From a virus (taxonomy: Duplodnaviria > Caudoviricetes): a stretch of 64,000 bases of DNA. The stretch is taken from IMG/VR virus record IMGVR_UViG_2595698755_000001, positions 96,001 to 160,000 of that record, one strand, 5' to 3'. The position numbers and the translations under genes were made by a program. A model generated the notes under the pieces. The model was given only the letters and a program-made list of their open reading frames with translations. It did no database searches and had not been told where the DNA came from. Positions 58,654 through 64,000 of this stretch are shown in pieces (position 1 is the first letter of the stretch; each line of letters starts with the position of its first letter).

Positions 58654-58820
58654 GATAGGAATTTTAGCAGGTTGCTTTATCGAACTAATAGCTATATTAT
58701 TATATTTATTATTATTATATTTATTATTTATATATATATAATATACACTTATATTATATATATTAAATTATATTATATATAGTAATTAGTTCGATAAAGC
58801 AACCACCTAAAAATGCTATC
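58654..58820. repeat. 36-bp inverted repeat flanking a 95-bp near-pure AT core (origin-like)
   Basis: Perfect 20-bp core GGTTGCTTTATCGAACTAAT at 58670-58689 and its reverse complement at 58785-58804. Confidence 0.85.
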
Positions 58821-58832
58821 AAAAATGCAAAT

Positions 58833-58857
58833 AAAAAAACCCTCTCATTTGAGAGGG
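58833..58857 (-). terminator. Intrinsic terminator
   Basis: CCCTCTC-AAAT-GAGAGGG-TTTTTTT on the - strand. Confidence 0.8.
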
Positions 58858-58864
58858 CAATCCA

Positions 58865-59095
58865 TTAACATACTGTTGCTAACTTCGGAAACATGATTGG
58901 TTCGTGGCTACCTTCTACTATGGCAAACACTGTACCTTCCTCGTCAACGATTAATTCGATAATTGCTTCGTGTCTCAACTTTGCGTTTGAGATTTTGCTT
59001 GGGAAGATGTGGTTTAAGTTTCTTAGATTCATATTCTCAACGATACCTTTTAATTCCGAAAAACTTACACCTTTAGCAATTGTCATTGTTGTCAT
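58865..59095 (-). CDS. Hypothetical protein
   Basis: AAGGAGAGGG RBS; own terminator. Confidence 0.65.
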   Translation of the reverse strand: MTTMTIAKGVSFSELKGIVENMNLRNLNHIFPSKISNAKLRHEAIIELIVDEEGTVFAIVEGSHEPIMFPKLATVC

Positions 59096-59205
59096 TTAAA
59101 ACCCTCTCCTTTTGGTTGTTGTTTTTGTTTTGCTTTATATTGTATTCTATGCAGGTGTTCTAGGAATGTTGCCTAATAAATTAAAAAATAATAAAAAAAG
59201 ATGGG

Positions 59206-60222
59206 TTACATTTTACCCATCTGTCTCAATAACTTTATTTGTGTGTTTCGGTCTGTATTCATTAGTAGTTCCAGTAAATCATCTCGTGTTAATGTTTCAA
59301 ACTCTTCAACAGGCACATGTGCATTTACATCTACTGTTACTAGGTCTTCTAGCTTCTTGTTAGCAAGGTAATTATTAACTGTTGTTGTTGGGTCAGAGTG
59401 GTCACCATGTGCTTGCATTGCCTTTAGGTCACCACCAGTAATTACGTTAACTTCTTCAATTGATGCTTTCTTGAAACTATGGAATACGATTCTTCTGTCA
59501 CCAAAATCAATCTTCTCACGAATAAGATTCATCATTTTGTTTACAGTTTTTGTTGTTAAAGTAAAAATTTTCTCTCTTTTTACTTCTGCTTTGAAATCCA
59601 TAATTTCTTGGTATAAGTCATCAGTTAATTTTTTGTGCGACCATTTGTTCCCTTTACCTAAAGTTTTGATGTACCAAATTCCATTAATGTCAACCACATC
59701 GGTAAATTTCAAATCCAATAACGATTGCTTACGGAAAGCAGTTGCATATGCTAAACGTACAAGTAAAGCTTTTTGACGACCTGCTCTCGTTGCTGATACA
59801 AGATTTATAATTTCAACAACCTCATCATGAGTGAATGCATCCCAACTTTCAGAATCGTGCTCATCATATCTATCCAGATTAAACCATGAAGCATTAACAT
59901 CAAACCCTTCATCTTCCAATTGGTCATAGCATTCTTTTAATGCACTAATAGCATTGTTTACTGTGCTACCCTTATATTGCTCTTTTAAAGCTACTTGATA
60001 CGTCTTAATTTGATTCTTGTTAAAGATTAAGTCAGATTCAATTAATGTTTCCAGTTCTTTGTTTCTCATTGTTCTAAAGAAATCTCGAATATGTCTTTGG
60101 TAAGTATCCTTTGTATTTGCACTGTCTTGACCTTTGCGTGTTAAAAACGTAAGAATCGTTGAATATGGATTTCTATTTTCACCTTTATTGTTTAAATGAA
60201 ATACATTTCCTAATTTTGCCAT
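59206..60222 (-). CDS. Tyrosine recombinase-family protein (HxxK variant)
   Basis: SANTKDTY SAM-like N-terminus; TAFRK, GKGNK, FHSFKK, HGDH, NNYL. Confidence 0.85.
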   Translation of the reverse strand: MAKLGNVFHLNNKGENRNPYSTILTFLTRKGQDSANTKDTYQRHIRDFFRTMRNKELETLIESDLIFNKNQIKTYQVALKEQYKGSTVNNAISALKECYDQLEDEGFDVNASWFNLDRYDEHDSESWDAFTHDEVVEIINLVSATRAGRQKALLVRLAYATAFRKQSLLDLKFTDVVDINGIWYIKTLGKGNKWSHKKLTDDLYQEIMDFKAEVKREKIFTLTTKTVNKMMNLIREKIDFGDRRIVFHSFKKASIEEVNVITGGDLKAMQAHGDHSDPTTTVNNYLANKKLEDLVTVDVNAHVPVEEFETLTRDDLLELLMNTDRNTQIKLLRQMGKM

Positions 60223-60261
60223 AATATCATCCTCCTAATTTGTAAGTGACCCTATAATCAT

Positions 60262-60290
60262 ATTATATGCTACTTGCATAAATTTGTCAA
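60262..60290 (-). promoter_or_regulatory. sigmaA promoter of recombinase gene
   Basis: TTGACA-N17-TATAAT. Confidence 0.75.
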
Positions 60291-60442
60291 CACTTTATCT
60301 CACATTATCTAATTATTTTTTATGTATTACACCTTGGCTACGTTAAAATCAATTTTAAAGCCCCTAGAATCCCCGTAGAGCATTTTTAATTTGATTCTGG
60401 TGCAATGACATTCAAACCCTCCAGAATGCAAAAGAAAAGCAT

Positions 60443-61309
60443 CTAAACCATTTTGGCAAGATGCTCTAAAAATCTGGTATAATTTTTGTGATAAACTCCA
60501 AACCCCTGCAATTCATTTTTCTTACATTTCTTATTAAAGTATCCAATTCGCTTATCATCTTCTGTAACTAGAAGTACAATTGGAAAGTGGTCTGAATGGT
60601 TTTGCCATAGTTTGGACTTCTTATATTGTCGATACTTTACAACCTTGTCATATATAACAGGAAACTTGTTCTTATTTCTGAAATTCTCTTGACCTGTATC
60701 ATATTCTAAAAACAAGTCAACAACCTTTTCACCGACTTTCAATCTGAAAAATACATCGGGAATAAATGCAACATCTTCATTGTTGAATCTGAATATTGAA
60801 GTTTTCTCATGTTCCCATATTTCAATCTCATATCCATTTGCTTCACAAAACAGTATAGTATCGACTTCCATTTGGTTAATCCCATTGGTGTGTCTGTATA
60901 TTAATGGCACATGTCGTTCAATGACAACCTCTCCATTGACAAGCGATTTTTTCTGTGGTATCCTACGTTTGTGAGGAATGCCAAGCAGGATAGAACCACC
61001 CCTCTCTAGAGCGAGGATAGCAGGGGTGTTTCCTTTTCCTAGTTCCTGTTTCTCATGCACCTTATCTAGACACATCGAGTCGAATAACTTCCTAATAGTT
61101 CGATTAATGAGCCTTGTTCTGTTGTTAGTTAGGTGTCGAAATGATGGTGCGATGATTTCCAAATGTGACCTGTTAACCAACTTACGCTTACTCACTATCT
61201 CCAAAAGTTCCATATCTCTGTCTGTTGGTTTAACGTTAGATTTTAACCAGTCTAAGGTCACTTTTTGGATTTCTTCTCTTTTGTACCAAGGTCTTCTAAA
61301 GTTTGCCAA
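60443..61309 (-). CDS. Replication-relaxation (Replic_Relax) family protein
   Basis: TDRDMELL wHTH, HTNGIN, IPDVFF, FLEYDTGQE, KVVKY, FPIVLLVT. Confidence 0.8.
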   Translation of the reverse strand: MANFRRPWYKREEIQKVTLDWLKSNVKPTDRDMELLEIVSKRKLVNRSHLEIIAPSFRHLTNNRTRLINRTIRKLFDSMCLDKVHEKQELGKGNTPAILALERGGSILLGIPHKRRIPQKKSLVNGEVVIERHVPLIYRHTNGINQMEVDTILFCEANGYEIEIWEHEKTSIFRFNNEDVAFIPDVFFRLKVGEKVVDLFLEYDTGQENFRNKNKFPVIYDKVVKYRQYKKSKLWQNHSDHFPIVLLVTEDDKRIGYFNKKCKKNELQGFGVYHKNYTRFLEHLAKMV

Positions 61310-64000
61310 TCTTGCTCACCACCCTCAACAAAACCACTTAGAATCGACTGCTCAATCATCTGATAACTTCTATCAAGATTCTCATCACGTACTTCATCCT
61401 TGTCTCGACCAAATTCAGACCTGTAAGCTGTTAAGAAACTAGAATCAACTTCACTATATTTTTTAAAGTCTGGATTCATCCCTAATGGCAATCCCAACTT
61501 TGCTTGAAATACATGATTCTTGTCTTTCCAACGTATTGCAAATATTCCACAAAACTTCATATTCATTAAGTTGTTGAAGTCAGCGATTGTCATTGGATGT
61601 AAGAAGTCTCTTAAACTTTCAAAGGCTTCTCCACCACCTTTTAACATAACTAAGTTACATCCATTATCCATAATAGATTGTTTAATATCACCTTCGATAC
61701 CTCGACCTGCTTTTGCTAACGATGACCAACCATGCAGTGTTAACCAAAGTCGTAGTGAATATTTACGTGGCTCTTTAAACAAGTCAATGAATAATCGACC
61801 AATTAATGGTATATCTATAATTTGATGTATTTCATCAATTACAACTAATGTCTCTGGTCTATATTCACGACCTGCAAACCCAACTTCCCTAGACAATGCA
61901 ACGTTCCAGATTTTTGTAAAGTAATGTGCAAATAAGAATTTTCTGTATAATTGAGATACACCAGATTTTGGGATATATACTAGAATCATATATGCCCCGT
62001 CCTCATCTCCATCCATCATTTGTCGGAAGTTTAATTTCACTTTACCTTCTTCATCTCGTAAAGGCTTTTGTGCGATGCAGTCCCACAATTTTTGGTCACG
62101 TTCAAGTTGTGAGAATCTATTTTCGATTGTTTGAATGATTGTAGTTGTTTCTCCTGCCATAGCCATATTATGGTAAGTCTGCATTTCTAATTTCAAACGT
62201 CTGTTCTCTAAGAATGGTATAATTTCAGTTGCTCTAAAATCATCATCAATAAGTGCTCTCATTGCTTCAATATATCCATAATCCTTGTCAATAGTGTGTA
62301 CTGCTTGCAATGCAGAAGTAAACCATCTATCCATAGCCATTGTTTTGTCAGACTTCAAAATTTCTAAAACTAACTTTGCTTCCATCTCTGCTAATGTGTA
62401 AGCATAATCATCATCTTGCATTATCTCTTCGTTGTATTCTTGAAGGTCAGCATTGTTAACTGCAATTGGATTCTTAAAGTTACTATGATTTAAAACTACA
62501 ACCCTGTCTCTCAACCAATCTGGAATATGGTTATAGATGTTGTTAATCATTGCTCCATCTGCTACATCGAATACCACAACCGACTTACTTTGCTTCTTCC
62601 ATTCGTCCCTATCGTTTAAATGCGCTCCAAAGCTGTATAGCGCTTGTGTTTCACTCATGGTAGTCTTACCACTACCCATCGAGCCAAAGAGCATGGTGGC
62701 TGTGCTACGGTCATCTAAACGTGTCTTATCCTTAACGTATCTCCCTTTAGATGTCCACCAATCTCTCTTGTACCCTCCAAAGTATATTTTCCTAGATTCT
62801 TTCTCTAATGTGAAGCCCAGAGGAATTGCACCATGTTTATCTGAAAAGAAGTCAGCACTAATGTCAGTTCTTGTAAAGTTATCCTGCGTAATCACCTTAT
62901 CATACTCTTTAAGTGTTTGTTTACTTGGGATTTTCAAAATATTCGTCATCTCCTTCTCAAAAAATATGTCAGTCGTCTTTCCAATTTGAGGGCGGTCATC
63001 TTCAACTGCTTTAATGATTGACTTGATACCTCGTTTTGTTTTTACATGACTAACTGTAAATTTGTTGTCACCATTTAATAGTGTGAAGGATGTCTCAATA
63101 TTTTTAAAAGCATGTTTTACCTTCTTATCTTCTTCGGCTTCTCCTATGACCCTAATCTGCATTTTACATCCTTTGGAATTTGCATGTATCTTATTATCTG
63201 TATATTTCAACTCAAACAACTGTTCTGCTTTCTGGTCTTTCTTATTTTCTGCTCCCATCAGTCCTTCTATCATATTCACAAACTCATCGAATATGACATT
63301 AAACATGTCGAAGACTTTTCCTGCTACTCCATTTACAGTGAAAGTATCTTCTCTGTTTGGTATTTTACCATTCTTGAAATCTTTAATTTTCTTAGTTGCC
63401 TTTTCTTTCCAACCATTATTGACTGGTTCGATATTGTAGTCAATTAAAACTTTATCGCCTTTATCCATTGTTGAAGCAATAGAAGCTAATGCAGAATAGA
63501 AAGAATCGTTTTGTGTCTTGTCATGTTTCAAGGAAAGTGCATAATGATGTCTCAAATGCACCTCCATTGCTTTAGCCCTTGACGGATTAAAGTCTACGAT
63601 TCTTTCAGATACCTCTGTAATATCCACCTGCCCCCAGTCTTTCTTAATTGCTCCTGTAAAGCTTTTAGCCCACTTTTTGGGTACAGTCAGATAAAATTTC
63701 ATTTCCCCATCTACTAGTAAAACTTTGTAACTTACAACATCATTCATTTTAATTTTTACACCATTCTTTGAAAATCGTATTCTTTCTGGGGCATAAAACT
63801 TTGAAAACAATCCACTAATCGTATTTAATAGTAATTCAGATGTTTGCTTTTGGTTATAGACATCATCCTCAAAATCTATATATCTAGGTCTACGACTTCC
63901 ACGACCTTCTCTTTCTACAACCTCTGGTGAATTATTTGGAGTTATCTGATAAGTTATAACAGGTTCACGATACAGGTTTACAAATTCCTTGAGGTTAAAA
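61258..64000 (-). CDS. VirD4/VirB4/HerA-like P-loop ATPase (conjugation-type), 5'-truncated by window
   Basis: LFGSMGSGKT Walker A, VVVFD, VVIDEIHQ Walker B, EPRKY. The frame stays open to base 64000. Confidence 0.78.
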   Translation of the reverse strand, partial: FNLKEFVNLYREPVITYQITPNNSPEVVEREGRGSRRPRYIDFEDDVYNQKQTSELLLNTISGLFSKFYAPERIRFSKNGVKIKMNDVVSYKVLLVDGEMKFYLTVPKKWAKSFTGAIKKDWGQVDITEVSERIVDFNPSRAKAMEVHLRHHYALSLKHDKTQNDSFYSALASIASTMDKGDKVLIDYNIEPVNNGWKEKATKKIKDFKNGKIPNREDTFTVNGVAGKVFDMFNVIFDEFVNMIEGLMGAENKKDQKAEQLFELKYTDNKIHANSKGCKMQIRVIGEAEEDKKVKHAFKNIETSFTLLNGDNKFTVSHVKTKRGIKSIIKAVEDDRPQIGKTTDIFFEKEMTNILKIPSKQTLKEYDKVITQDNFTRTDISADFFSDKHGAIPLGFTLEKESRKIYFGGYKRDWWTSKGRYVKDKTRLDDRSTATMLFGSMGSGKTTMSETQALYSFGAHLNDRDEWKKQSKSVVVFDVADGAMINNIYNHIPDWLRDRVVVLNHSNFKNPIAVNNADLQEYNEEIMQDDDYAYTLAEMEAKLVLEILKSDKTMAMDRWFTSALQAVHTIDKDYGYIEAMRALIDDDFRATEIIPFLENRRLKLEMQTYHNMAMAGETTTIIQTIENRFSQLERDQKLWDCIAQKPLRDEEGKVKLNFRQMMDGDEDGAYMILVYIPKSGVSQLYRKFLFAHYFTKIWNVALSREVGFAGREYRPETLVVIDEIHQIIDIPLIGRLFIDLFKEPRKYSLRLWLTLHGWSSLAKAGRGIEGDIKQSIMDNGCNLVMLKGGGEAFESLRDFLHPMTIADFNNLMNMKFCGIFAIRWKDKNHVFQAKLGLPLGMNPDFKKYSEVDSSFLTAYRSEFGRDKDEVRDENLDRSYQMIEQSILSGFVEGGEQDWQTLEDLGTKEKKSKK

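Larger units (their letters stand above)
1..64000. mobile_element. Segment of a large Bacillus siphophage genome (SPbeta/Tsamsa-like organisation, probably temperate)
   Basis: Continuous phage modules (terminase, portal, capsid, tail, TMP, lysis, DnaE, tRNA array, tyrosine recombinases), with no host housekeeping synteny. Firmicute-type RBS and sigmaA promoters. Confidence 0.95.

Noticed and set aside
58654-58820. Protelomerase telomere site or MITE
   Set aside because: The arms are separated by 95 bp rather than forming a continuous palindrome, and no protelomerase, transposase or target-site duplication is seen.

Overview
The whole window is a segment of a large, AT-rich Bacillus-type siphophage genome with SPbeta/Tsamsa-like gene order. 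That assignment is inferred from synteny and protein motifs, not from a database search. The + strand start holds a nucleotide/replication block: HD phosphohydrolase, thymidine kinase, DnaE-type polymerase and RuvC. A long - strand block follows: Rok-like DNA-binding protein, Ig/LamG proteins, holin, amidase endolysin, tail fibres, Tal, Dit, a 3123-aa tape measure, a tyrosine recombinase, major tail and head-tail proteins, capsid, protease/scaffold, portal and terminase. Next come a DUF2828-like (TROVE/Ro60-related, vWA) gene, 21 tRNA genes, PIN-PhoH and HU. The window ends with a putative initiator beside an inverted-repeat/AT-rich origin-like element, a second tyrosine recombinase, a replication-relaxation protein and a VirD4/VirB4-like ATPase. 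The main finding is six copies of an RNA element in and downstream of the tRNA array, directly upstream of the Ro-like gene. Each has a covarying 7-bp terminal stem followed by an ACAGC internal loop. One copy carries a circularly permuted tRNA-like domain (T arm, loop-closed acceptor stem, D arm), which is the YrlA Y-RNA architecture, but with a different protein-binding helix. This suggests a phage-encoded, non-canonical Ro/Y-RNA-like ribonucleoprotein system.
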